A DNA stretch of 64,000 nucleotides, from positions 54,012-118,011 of the IMG/VR virus record IMGVR_UViG_3300047546_001659, one strand, 5' to 3'. A program made the translations under genes and the position numbers. The notes beneath the pieces were generated by a model. It made no database searches. It worked only from the letters and a program-made list of their open reading frames with translations, and was not told where the DNA came from. Source of the stretch: a virus. Shown piece after piece: positions 47,147 to 56,102 of this stretch (the first letter of the stretch is position 1; every line of letters begins with the position of its first letter).

Positions 47147-47328
47147 TATTCGTCTCCGCTTCCAGCTGCGCCACCACCGCTGCCGCCGCCTGAGCTAGCA
47201 CTTTTTCCGGGATAGGCTGTATGTATTTTCATATCAGATCCTCTATAAGGGATCTTCTTTAATTTAATTAATTTACCATTAGGATCTCTAACAGCTAATT
47301 CTTCTATATGTTGTTTAAAGGTTTTCAT
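47146..47328 (-). CDS. small putative internal head protein
   Basis: MKTFKQHIEE N-terminus resembling a capsid-targeting peptide. Confidence 0.55.
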   Translation of the reverse strand: MKTFKQHIEELAVRDPNGKLIKLKKIPYRGSDMKIHTAYPGKSASSGGGSGGGAAGSGDE

Positions 47329-47610
47329 ATCTCTTCAACTTTAATTTTTAAATGACCTTGGCCTTTGATTACTCTATGAAACTCTTCAGGGGGAATATTG
47401 ATTCGTGTTCCTGTTTTTATATCAAAAGGCAATTCGTTATCAAATTGAAATTGCCAATCATCTCCACAATCAATGACTTCAACCACCCTATATTTTTTAT
47501 CTCTATGCCAAATCAGATCACCCGATTCAACATTTTCTTCAAATACTCTGCTAAAAGTATTTTCAGATATTCTTATATCCAAATATGGATTACCAGTAGA
47601 AACTGCCGCC
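47325..47610 (-). CDS. cupin-like conserved phage protein (start uncertain)
   Basis: LIWHRD..WQFQFDNELP..FHRVIKG. Confidence 0.6.
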
Positions 47611-48156
47611 ACCTGAAAGCCCCAATGATTTAGCATAACGAGGAAGATTACATGACCAGTAAGCCGCTGATGTTCTATCTTTTTGAAGATGACATTGATG
47701 ACGTGCTGCAAAAGATTTACGAGCTTCAGGATCATTCATCTTTACTGAGAGAGTACCACCGCCTGCTGCACCACCCTTATCACCAAATGTTACTTTCTTA
47801 ATTCCACCATCTGGTTTACGAACATATACATAGAATTTCTTTGGACCACCTCTTTTTGGTTTTCCGATAGGAGGATTCTTTTCATCCTCCTCTTCTAACA
47901 TTGGAAAATCAAGAGGAACTTCCTCACCTTCATAAATGTCAAATGAACCAATATCAGTTCTAATTAATTCAATATCACTATAAGATAAATCAATTACTTC
48001 TTCATTATAAAGACGACGAGCTTCATTAATAGAATTGAAATATTCTTTTGAACCATAACGAAAAATATTTTCAGCTAAAGGTATTTTATTTTCTAAATGA
48101 TAAGAAAGGCCTTCATGTATTACTTCTTCATTAAAATGTTCTTTAAATGATTTCAT
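47590..48156 (-). CDS. conserved putative internal head protein
   Basis: MKSFKEHFNE; KKFYVYV..KVTFGD..ARKSFAARHQC..YWSC. Confidence 0.65.
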   Translation of the reverse strand: MKSFKEHFNEEVIHEGLSYHLENKIPLAENIFRYGSKEYFNSINEARRLYNEEVIDLSYSDIELIRTDIGSFDIYEGEEVPLDFPMLEEEDEKNPPIGKPKRGGPKKFYVYVRKPDGGIKKVTFGDKGGAAGGGTLSVKMNDPEARKSFAARHQCHLQKDRTSAAYWSCNLPRYAKSLGLSGGGSFYW

Positions 48157-50834
48157 TTGTCTTTTACCTTGCCTACTTCTGATTTATTTCTTACTTTTTC
48201 TACTGCTTTATTTAATGTCATGGCACCCGCCGAAGTTTTATGGGGTGTTGGTTTTACACCTTTGATAATATCTGGACCCAATGATCTAAGCTTATTTACT
48301 TTGCCTACAAGTTCATCTGATATTTCGTTAACAACTTCTTCGTTGGTGCTCTTCCAACCACCACCTTTTGATTTATACCACTTTGCTGCCCAACCATTTG
48401 CATAAGCAGAAGGATACACATCAAACTTACTCTTTGCTAAAGCTTTAGCTTTTGACCAAAGAGATGGATTGGTAGGAGTATTCTTTTCTTCTAATTGCTC
48501 TATATCTTCTTTTACTTGTCTTCTAGATGCAACACGTGCAAAAAATTTAGCTTGTTTATTCTTTACTTCACTATGCTTTCTGAGATCATTAATGTCTTTA
48601 GAGAGATCATCAGCTTCTTTTTCTTTACCTTTAATGATTTTATTAGAATCAGGATCTGTAATTTTATTTAAATCTTTTACTTTTTGGTTAGCTTTTTCTC
48701 TAGAAATTTCTGATTGATCTAAAGAAGATTTTGCTGCTCTAACTATCAATTGAGTAGATACTTCTTTAATTTCAGTTTCTTCATTCTTTGGTTTCTTTTT
48801 TGCTTTCTGCATAGCAATAGCAATAGCAGCCTGTTGTGCCCAGTTTGTAGCTTCTGTTTTTACAAAGACCGGAGACTCACCTTTTCCTGATCTATCAGCA
48901 ACTGGATCTTCTCTTCTTTTTCTACGGGTGGCAGCTGCTCTATCTTCTTTATCCATAGCCTTAGCTTTTGCCATAGGAAGGCATTTTGGTTTACCTTCAC
49001 CTTCTTCTCTAGCACAAGGACCCTTAATGTTTCCTTTTGTATCCATACGGACCCATTTATCCTTAAACCATTTACGAAGATCTTCTGATACAACTAATTC
49101 TTCATTTTTCTTTTTCTGATTCATTATTTGATCTTGTGTATCAGAATCAGGTGTATCCATAGCGTCAGAGTTATTAGTGTGCATACCAACGTGTGATTTA
49201 ACAAGAGCCTTAATAATATTATCTCTTGTATCTGCATCAGCTATATTTTTATCCACATATTCACCACTTTCACCATCAGGATTGCCTGAAGTATAACCCA
49301 TACCTCTAACACCACCAACACCCGCTGAATTTACGGATTCATTTTTCTTTTCTTTTTCTTTTGCTTCTCTATCCAATATAGCTTGATAGTCTGCTGAATT
49401 TTGTTTTAAACGTTCAGCTGCATCAGACATACCTTTGAGTGGATCAGGTTTACCCATTCTTCTTGCAGCATCTGCAATCTTTTGTGCTGGTGATTTATAA
49501 CCTTTACCATATGCTTCTGATTTAAACATATCAGGTGTGTAATCATTTACATTAGGAAGTTTTGCAGTTGATTTTGATTTAAAATCAGGCATAGTAGCTT
49601 TAGGAAGCTTCACTTGTTGTTTCTTCAAATCGTTGGAAGGTGAAGACATATTGCTAGGAGGACCCTTACCAAACGTCATTTCAAAATCATCATCAAGAAT
49701 TTTTTTTACTACTGACTGCTGTCTATAAGGCTTATCAGATTCTTTTCTATCGGCATCATCTCTTGGGACAAGATCAATTTCTTTTCTATCTTGGCCTGAA
49801 CGAGGAACAGCTTCTCTATACTTACCAAATCTCTTATTAAATTCTGAATCTGTTGCTTCTTTTACTGATACATTAGGTTTAGTAGTTTTGGCAGGAGCAG
49901 GGGCGGTATTTTTACCAACTACCTTAGATGACTTAGGCTCACCAGGTGTAACATGTTTTGATAATGTCACAACTGTATCAGAACCATCTTCTCTAAATTT
50001 AGTTTCGTCATAATTGATATTTTCTTCTGCCATTACTTGATCATAGATTGATCCTATTTCTTCAAGCATTGCTTCCATAATAAATGAATCAAATTCATTA
50101 TCAACATCTTCTTTAATAGATTTAATATGGTCCATCATTTCTTTTGCATGTGGATGTAATGCTTTTGGAAGACCAGACTTAAATGCTATCATATTACCTG
50201 ATCTTGCATGTTCACGCATTTTTGTACCTGACATACCTTCGGCACCTTCTGCATCAGGATCTCTATGACCAGCCGATACCACACTTACTGTTTTAAAATT
50301 AAAGAGACCATGAGGACCTTTTTTACCATTATACTTGTTAATTAAAGAATGATATTCTTTTACTCTATCATCGCCTGCAACCATAGTAATATGCTGAATA
50401 CCGCTCTTATGAAGACGGGAAAGATGATGAAGAAGAGTAGGATGCTCAGAAGAAGAACTAGAAACATTAGTGCCTTCTCCAGCAATCTTTTTAAGATACT
50501 CAACTTTCTTTTCCTTTGGAAGTGGGTTCTTTGCATTACCTTCTGTATGAGAAGCAATGATATGGGCTTCAGCACCTTGTGACTTAGCAGTATCTTCTAC
50601 TTTATGAATTAATTTTTCATGGCCGATAGTTGGAGGATTGAAACGACCAAAAGCAAATACAGCTTTTTTTTCTTTAGCTTCCAACACAGGATTTAAAATG
50701 ATTTCATCGGGTTTATTACCAGTAGCAGTTCTACCCTTAGAAATAACATCCTTGACAATCTCTGTCTTACCTTTTTTTGCAGGTTTATTGTCAGGTCTTA
50801 ATGTGTTTTGTTGAGGATCGTTATATTCTGGCAT
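48153..50834 (-). CDS. HIGH-family (cytidylyl/NMN-adenylyl) nucleotidyltransferase fused to several small head-protein modules
   Basis: FGRFNPPTIGHEKL..KNPL..AGDDRV..SAGHRDPDAEG..MSGTKMR; LRKWFKDKWV and KFDVYPSAYANGW modules. Confidence 0.75.
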   Translation of the reverse strand: MPEYNDPQQNTLRPDNKPAKKGKTEIVKDVISKGRTATGNKPDEIILNPVLEAKEKKAVFAFGRFNPPTIGHEKLIHKVEDTAKSQGAEAHIIASHTEGNAKNPLPKEKKVEYLKKIAGEGTNVSSSSSEHPTLLHHLSRLHKSGIQHITMVAGDDRVKEYHSLINKYNGKKGPHGLFNFKTVSVVSAGHRDPDAEGAEGMSGTKMREHARSGNMIAFKSGLPKALHPHAKEMMDHIKSIKEDVDNEFDSFIMEAMLEEIGSIYDQVMAEENINYDETKFREDGSDTVVTLSKHVTPGEPKSSKVVGKNTAPAPAKTTKPNVSVKEATDSEFNKRFGKYREAVPRSGQDRKEIDLVPRDDADRKESDKPYRQQSVVKKILDDDFEMTFGKGPPSNMSSPSNDLKKQQVKLPKATMPDFKSKSTAKLPNVNDYTPDMFKSEAYGKGYKSPAQKIADAARRMGKPDPLKGMSDAAERLKQNSADYQAILDREAKEKEKKNESVNSAGVGGVRGMGYTSGNPDGESGEYVDKNIADADTRDNIIKALVKSHVGMHTNNSDAMDTPDSDTQDQIMNQKKKNEELVVSEDLRKWFKDKWVRMDTKGNIKGPCAREEGEGKPKCLPMAKAKAMDKEDRAAATRRKRREDPVADRSGKGESPVFVKTEATNWAQQAAIAIAMQKAKKKPKNEETEIKEVSTQLIVRAAKSSLDQSEISREKANQKVKDLNKITDPDSNKIIKGKEKEADDLSKDINDLRKHSEVKNKQAKFFARVASRRQVKEDIEQLEEKNTPTNPSLWSKAKALAKSKFDVYPSAYANGWAAKWYKSKGGGWKSTNEEVVNEISDELVGKVNKLRSLGPDIIKGVKPTPHKTSAGAMTLNKAVEKVRNKSEVGKVKDK

Positions 50835-50863
50835 CTGTTTTCCTAGAGTTTATTTTATATTTA

Positions 50864-52171
50864 TTAAGTAATTTCTTCCCAGGTCATTGCCCCAATAGCA
50901 TCATTGCCGTTAGAAGCACTTGTAGCTGCTAGTGTAATAATTATGCCATTATTACTTGCAGCAAGTCCATCTCTTTCTAACTGATAGGCAAATAACTCAG
51001 CCCTTGAAAGATTAACTGTCGCCCCACCTGCACCTGCTGATACGTTAACATAACCTACTTGTGCATCTCTACCACCAGAAACTGCAGAAGCTGTAATATC
51101 ATATTCTACAGGTGAATCTGCAGCTGCAGATACCCAAGAAGCGCTTGTTAATGTCCCACCTATTATAATCTTATAACGATAACTTGTATTGTTAGTGACA
51201 CCAAAAAATTCTACATCTTTTAAAACAGCTAATGCATCTTTAAATGAATCTTTTAGTCTTATTGAAATTACAGGAGTAAATGTACCCGCAGTTGGTATAT
51301 CTTTAGGTGATGTAATTGGAATGCCAACACTTCTTGATTTACCTTCTAGTGTATAGCCGCCTTCGGACACAACAGTAGAGCAAATTTGTTTCATTTTAGA
51401 TGATGAAGCGGACGTACCGGTATTCTCTATTTCATAACGAACTGGCAATATAGCAGTAGTCATATATGTAGTCGTGTTCAAATTATCATTATGAAATATG
51501 TGTGCAGGAATCATTAAACCATCTACAACAAAACCACAACGAACATCACCAACGCCCAACCATTCAATATCCATCCAAAAAATATTTGCTTTAGTAATAT
51601 CTAAATTGCCGTGTTCAGGGCCACTAGATTGAGCTGATTGCCCAGATCCATCAAATTTATCCACATTCCAATTTGCTTGTGCCACTCTAGTTTCCACAAC
51701 AGAACCTGTAACATAACTTCTCTTAACTAGATAATTGCCTGTACCGTCATTTTCGAAGAAAATACCATTATAATAATTAAAGTAACCAACACGTTGTCTA
51801 ACGTTTGTCTTTTGTTGGTTCATTACAAACGTATTCATAATCAATAATGATTTGCCGGGTTGATATGCAAATACCCTTTTTGATTCTCTAATGACTTTAT
51901 CACCAGATGCAGTATTAACATTCATATCAACTACTGATTCGTTTGTTTGATAAACTGTATTAGAAGAACCAGTTGTGCTTGTAATAAATTTACCATTGTC
52001 TTGATAACGATGATAAGAATCAAATAGTGTCAATGGATTAGATACTCTGAGACGACCAAATGCATCAGCTCCAGTTCCTGTGGCAGTAAACCTGTTGCTA
52101 AGCATGCTGACTTCATAGATAGTAGTGCTATCTGCAAGAAATTTATTTGTATCTATACGATATTGAGCCAT
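50864..52171 (-). CDS. virion structural protein
   Basis: DAFGRLRVSNP.TLFD, YQPGKS, EWLGVG, W.E C-terminus. Confidence 0.65.
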   Translation of the reverse strand: MAQYRIDTNKFLADSTTIYEVSMLSNRFTATGTGADAFGRLRVSNPLTLFDSYHRYQDNGKFITSTTGSSNTVYQTNESVVDMNVNTASGDKVIRESKRVFAYQPGKSLLIMNTFVMNQQKTNVRQRVGYFNYYNGIFFENDGTGNYLVKRSYVTGSVVETRVAQANWNVDKFDGSGQSAQSSGPEHGNLDITKANIFWMDIEWLGVGDVRCGFVVDGLMIPAHIFHNDNLNTTTYMTTAILPVRYEIENTGTSASSSKMKQICSTVVSEGGYTLEGKSRSVGIPITSPKDIPTAGTFTPVISIRLKDSFKDALAVLKDVEFFGVTNNTSYRYKIIIGGTLTSASWVSAAADSPVEYDITASAVSGGRDAQVGYVNVSAGAGGATVNLSRAELFAYQLERDGLAASNNGIIITLAATSASNGNDAIGAMTWEEIT

Positions 52172-52179
52172 TACAAAAT

Positions 52180-53313
52180 TTATCCTCTTCCAAATCTAGG
52201 ATTGTTCAATATTGCTGTAGATACTTTTCTAGGAACTAATTTAGCAACAGGTCTTCCGCCTTTTTGAAGAACTACACCTTCACCGGCTGATTTCTTTCCA
52301 TCAATAGATGTTTCCATATCAGGATGATGAACACCTTTAAGAACATGTTCAGTTGCTTGTTCTAAATGATGATGAATATCTAAAGACTTTTGAAAATGTT
52401 CTGCATGCTTATCAACATGAGCAATCATAGCAGCATGTTGATCTCTTACTCTTTGTTGAGCGGCGGCAGTCTTTAACTTACCAGCTTTCTTCTCAGCAAC
52501 AGCCTTAAGATGATTCTTATATCCTTCAACAGTAGGCAAAGAGTTTCCGCGTGTTGTACTATTCATATAAGTTGTAAAATGAGTGACATGTTCAGGTGTC
52601 AAATGTTTTGTTGTATGCCCCTTAAGCAATTTCTCAGCAGCAGCCAAATGATGTTCGGTTGCTTTTCTATCTTCTGCAGAATAATGTTCAGGATCAGGTT
52701 TATGTTCATGTTCAGGAACAAATACATTTTCACTATGTCTCAAAGCTCCTTTTGATAAGGCAGAAGCAGTCTTACCATGAACTTCGGTATGAATAGCAAC
52801 ACCTAATGGTGCTTTTGTCTTTGCTTTATAAGTAATTCTGTTTGGTGTTGTTGCAATAGAACCACCTGACTTCTTTGTATGAGTATCAGAAGGGGTGTGC
52901 AATAGATCACCTTGAACATGATGACCCTTATTTACAATCTCATGACCATGTGCAAGAAGATGTTTAAGAGAGGCAGCATATTCAGGTGCATGACCGAAAT
53001 GTTTATCTACTTCTTCAGGAGTTCTGGCAACTACACCTCTTGCCCATCTATGCTTATCTGAAACAGCAATTCCCTTTTCATCATGAATGATATGAACAGA
53101 GGCACCACCATCAGTCTTCAAGGAAGCCTTAACTGAGCTAGGTTTGCCTTGTCTATGATTATGAAATTGCTTAATAAGATCTAGACCAAGCTTTGCATGT
53201 TTCGGATCTGCATAATGCAATTCTTTAGCATGAGTAAGGTGAGTTAAACCTTCTTCTTCAACAGATGAAGCAGGACGTGCTGCTTCGGTAATATAATTTA
53301 AAAATGTTTTCAT
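52180..53313 (-). CDS. His-rich protein with ligase-like KxDG/EG motifs (DUF6267-like)
   Basis: MKTFLNYITE; HLTH, LKTDG, QGDLL, PNRITY, GEGVV..KLVPR. Confidence 0.55.
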   Translation of the reverse strand: MKTFLNYITEAARPASSVEEEGLTHLTHAKELHYADPKHAKLGLDLIKQFHNHRQGKPSSVKASLKTDGGASVHIIHDEKGIAVSDKHRWARGVVARTPEEVDKHFGHAPEYAASLKHLLAHGHEIVNKGHHVQGDLLHTPSDTHTKKSGGSIATTPNRITYKAKTKAPLGVAIHTEVHGKTASALSKGALRHSENVFVPEHEHKPDPEHYSAEDRKATEHHLAAAEKLLKGHTTKHLTPEHVTHFTTYMNSTTRGNSLPTVEGYKNHLKAVAEKKAGKLKTAAAQQRVRDQHAAMIAHVDKHAEHFQKSLDIHHHLEQATEHVLKGVHHPDMETSIDGKKSAGEGVVLQKGGRPVAKLVPRKVSTAILNNPRFGRG

Positions 53314-54026
53314 CAGTAAAACTTACTAACTTTTCTTGAAGCCTGTGGACCAATTAAGACACGTGTTTTATTTACACCAAGATCAGATCTCTTTTGATCA
53401 CCTCTTGCATATACCATCATATGCATATCTTTAGGCACTTCACCACTCTTATAAACATGATTTGATTGTAAAATATAATGACCTTTTTTGCCGTTTGGAT
53501 GAGGAACCAATTTCATTGGACCTTGATGAATTTCATGAACATTATTTTCATGATGTGATTCATCTCCATGACCATGCCCATACATTGCTTTTTGAATAAA
53601 GCTCTTGTGTTCTGGATTAGAACTATCAAGTTTCATAGCAACTGTCTCACCTGATACACCCTCCGGATGTTTCTTCTTTAATACTGAAGCAAACTTCTTA
53701 ACAATCGGATGATCTTTAAATTTAGATACACCACCAAATTGTTGAAAGTCTTTTACAGAACTACCATCTTTATGGCTAATAAATCTTTGAGATTGGCCTG
53801 CTTTATTTTTAAGAACAAAGTCTGCTTTAGGAGTACCTGGTACTTTTTCTACAGTAGATACTTTTGCAGGACCGTGTTTTGTATGAATTGTAATTTCTTC
53901 TGATCCTGATTCTTTTTTAGCCTTTTCAATTTGACTATGAAGATCAGCTAAATGACCTTCTTCCTTTTGATAAGGATTTGAACCAGGCATTCTTCTTTCT
54001 GTTAAGAAATTTAAAAATGTTAGCAT
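53313..54026 (-). CDS. putative PD-(D/E)XK-like nuclease, internal head protein
   Basis: MLTFLNFLTE; TPKADF..ISHKD..FQQFGG. Confidence 0.5.
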   Translation of the reverse strand: MLTFLNFLTERRMPGSNPYQKEEGHLADLHSQIEKAKKESGSEEITIHTKHGPAKVSTVEKVPGTPKADFVLKNKAGQSQRFISHKDGSSVKDFQQFGGVSKFKDHPIVKKFASVLKKKHPEGVSGETVAMKLDSSNPEHKSFIQKAMYGHGHGDESHHENNVHEIHQGPMKLVPHPNGKKGHYILQSNHVYKSGEVPKDMHMMVYARGDQKRSDLGVNKTRVLIGPQASRKVSKFY

Positions 54027-54052
54027 TTGAAGATCCTTAGTTGTTTATTTCA

Positions 54053-54060
54053 TATTTATA
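54053..54060 (-). promoter_or_regulatory. T4-type late promoter TATAAATA
   Basis: Exact match at the head of the 54-41 kb late cluster. Confidence 0.75.
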
Positions 54061-54063
54061 GAA

Positions 54064-54092
54064 ATAAAAAAGAGGGCCTTTCAGCCCTCTTT
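54064..54092 (-). terminator. intrinsic terminator
   Basis: AAAGAGGGC-TGAAAG-GCCCTCTTTTTT on minus strand. Confidence 0.75.
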
Positions 54093-54110
54093 AATCCCAT
54101 TTAAAATAAA

Positions 54111-54326
54111 TCAAAGACCTATCATCTTAGAATTGTACGAGAATGAACCTTTGAAGTCTTTACGTAGCCATTCTTCAAGCAATTCAAATCGAAGAGCAGA
54201 ATCTTCTTCACCGGCACTTTCAAGATCTACCTTGGCCTTCTTACAAAACTCTACGAGAGATTTATAAGAAATCTTATCTGAATCTACCAGAGCTGCCTTG
54301 TGTGATTTACCTTGACGTTGAAACAT
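54111..54326 (-). CDS. small early hypothetical protein
   Basis: GGAGG RBS before MFQRQ; own early promoter. Confidence 0.6.
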   Translation of the reverse strand: MFQRQGKSHKAALVDSDKISYKSLVEFCKKAKVDLESAGEEDSALRFELLEEWLRKDFKGSFSYNSKMIGL

Positions 54327-54343
54327 AAAAATAGCCTCCATTA

Positions 54344-54383
54344 CTTATATTATTATAATAGAGGCTATTTGATATTAAAGCAA
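54344..54383 (-). promoter_or_regulatory. early promoter of the same family as those at 31.5-32.2 kb
   Basis: TTGCTT-17 bp-TATTAT-AATAATAT. Confidence 0.7.
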
Positions 54384-54391
54384 GTGACAAA

Positions 54392-55315
54392 TCAATTAAT
54401 TTGTGACAAAATCTTCTTTACTTCAGCTTTTTGGGCACTTGTAAGAGGAATATAGTCCAATGCCTCGGCATCTTTGTCATGGTTTAAGCCATAATCAAAG
54501 AACTTCTTTGCAATTGCAACAGCTGCAGCATCATCGTTTTGCTTGTGCATTACGATATATGAAGTAGCAACCATTGGCCAAGTTGTCTGAAATGCCTTAA
54601 GACCTGGTGATACTTTCTTACCATCTGTTCCAATCATATCAGCAACTTGTAGATTGTTTTGCTTAGCAAATGCATACTCAACATAACCAATTGAACCGTT
54701 AGTTTGGTAAACATTATTTGAAACACCATCGTTTCCTTTACCACCAATTGTGTTACCAGCCCACTCTACAGTTGAACCAAAACCATAGTTCTTCTTCCAA
54801 TCAGCATTTGCTTCTGAGAGAAACTTTGTAAAGTTCCAAGTTGTACCTGAACCGTCTGAACGACGAATCTTAATGATGCCAAGATCAGGAAGCTTTGCAC
54901 CTGGATTGATTTCTGCAATTTCTTTATCGTTCCATTTAGTAATTTTACCTGAATAAATCTTTGCTAAGATGTCAGCAGTAAGTGTAAGATGTTCTACATC
55001 TTTAAGATTAAAGATAGGAACGATACCACCAACAATCATAGGAAACTGTACTTGACCTTTCTTTTCAAGGTCTTCTGGCTTTACTGGAATATCAGTTGCA
55101 CCAAATATTACTGTCTTTGCATCAATCTGCTTGATACCTGCACCTGAACCAACTCCCTGATAATTTACAGCGTTGTTAGTTTCTTTCTTAAAGCTATCTG
55201 CCCACTTTACATAAATTGGTTGTGGAAAAGTAGCACCTGCACCATTAACTTCACCTGCAAAGGCTGAAGTAGCGATAAACATAGATCCGATTACGGCAAG
55301 AATGTTCTTTAACAT
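54392..55315 (-). CDS. pstS: phosphate ABC transporter substrate-binding protein
   Basis: Signal peptide; GAGATFP, YQGVGSGAG, RSDGSGTT, GKGNDGV, GSIGYVE. Confidence 0.95.
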   Translation of the reverse strand: MLKNILAVIGSMFIATSAFAGEVNGAGATFPQPIYVKWADSFKKETNNAVNYQGVGSGAGIKQIDAKTVIFGATDIPVKPEDLEKKGQVQFPMIVGGIVPIFNLKDVEHLTLTADILAKIYSGKITKWNDKEIAEINPGAKLPDLGIIKIRRSDGSGTTWNFTKFLSEANADWKKNYGFGSTVEWAGNTIGGKGNDGVSNNVYQTNGSIGYVEYAFAKQNNLQVADMIGTDGKKVSPGLKAFQTTWPMVATSYIVMHKQNDDAAAVAIAKKFFDYGLNHDKDAEALDYIPLTSAQKAEVKKILSQIN

Positions 55316-55332
55316 GTTAACTCCTGTGTTAA

Positions 55333-55360
55333 TAAAAAAGGACGGAATTTCTTCCGTCCC
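55333..55360 (-). terminator. intrinsic terminator-like hairpin between porin and pstS
   Basis: GGGACGGAA-GAAA-TTCCGTCCT-TTTTT. Confidence 0.7.
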
Positions 55361-55377
55361 TTATATAGATTTCTAAT

Positions 55378-55423
55378 ATGACAGTTTGATGAAAAACACA
55401 TCAATTTGTCATAAAAATGTAAA
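55378..55423. promoter_or_regulatory. two oppositely oriented Pho boxes
   Basis: Minus TTTTCAT-CAAA-CTGTCAT (55378-55395), 10 bp above TATATA; plus TTGTCAT-AAAA-ATGTAAA (55406-55423). Confidence 0.75.
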
Positions 55424-55430
55424 ATATTTT

Positions 55431-56075
55431 TTAGAAATTAAGTGCATAACCTACTGTTACTGAATCACCAGTAGCAGTCCAGCTCTTGTCATATGAACGA
55501 GCTGCTGAAATGTTTACTGATTGATCCTTAGCAAACTTGTAAGTCAAGCCTGTACCAACTTGTTGTGACTCATAACCGTAAGCTGCATCAAATGAGTTAC
55601 GATAACGATAGTTGGCAGCATTGATAACAATGTTATCAGTAAGGCTATAGTCCATACCTGCACGAAGTGCATAGTAGCCATAATTGGCACCACTGGTGAA
55701 TCTTTGACCAATGCCTGCACCAGCCTTAGCAGTGAAACCAGCAAAAACTGGAAGCTTATAGCCAGCTTGTGCTTCAATAGTCTGCTTCAATGCTCCAGCA
55801 TCAGCAGCCTGTGATGTTCCAGCCGCAACTCCAGCTGAAAAACCACCGCCAAGATTACGTGAGTATGCTACAGAATAGTTAGTAGCAGTTGACTTGCTAT
55901 ATTCACCTGTGTTATAGTCGAAACCATATCCAGCTGAAATCGTATTGTCTGCAGATGCTGCAGGTGCTGCTGCGGCAGGAGCTGCAGGAGCGGCCTTCTT
56001 ATTAGGAAGGTCTGTAGCATATGCTCCGGTCGCAAAAGCAACAAAAGCAGCTGCAGTAATAAGTAGCTTCTTCAT
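55431..56075 (-). CDS. outer-membrane beta-barrel (porin-like) protein
   Basis: Signal peptide, ATDLPNKKAAPAAP linker, alternating aromatic beta-strands, terminal Phe (VGYALNF). Confidence 0.75.
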   Translation of the reverse strand: MKKLLITAAAFVAFATGAYATDLPNKKAAPAAPAAAAPAASADNTISAGYGFDYNTGEYSKSTATNYSVAYSRNLGGGFSAGVAAGTSQAADAGALKQTIEAQAGYKLPVFAGFTAKAGAGIGQRFTSGANYGYYALRAGMDYSLTDNIVINAANYRYRNSFDAAYGYESQQVGTGLTYKFAKDQSVNISAARSYDKSWTATGDSVTVGYALNF

Positions 56076-56102
56076 TAATTACTCCTTGGTTAAAGTTAAG
56101 GG

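Noticed and set aside
47575-47735. Possible frameshift between the 47590-48156 gene and the cupin-like gene
   Set aside because: An in-frame GTG near 47610 with upstream GGGG offers an ordinary start; no clear slippery site
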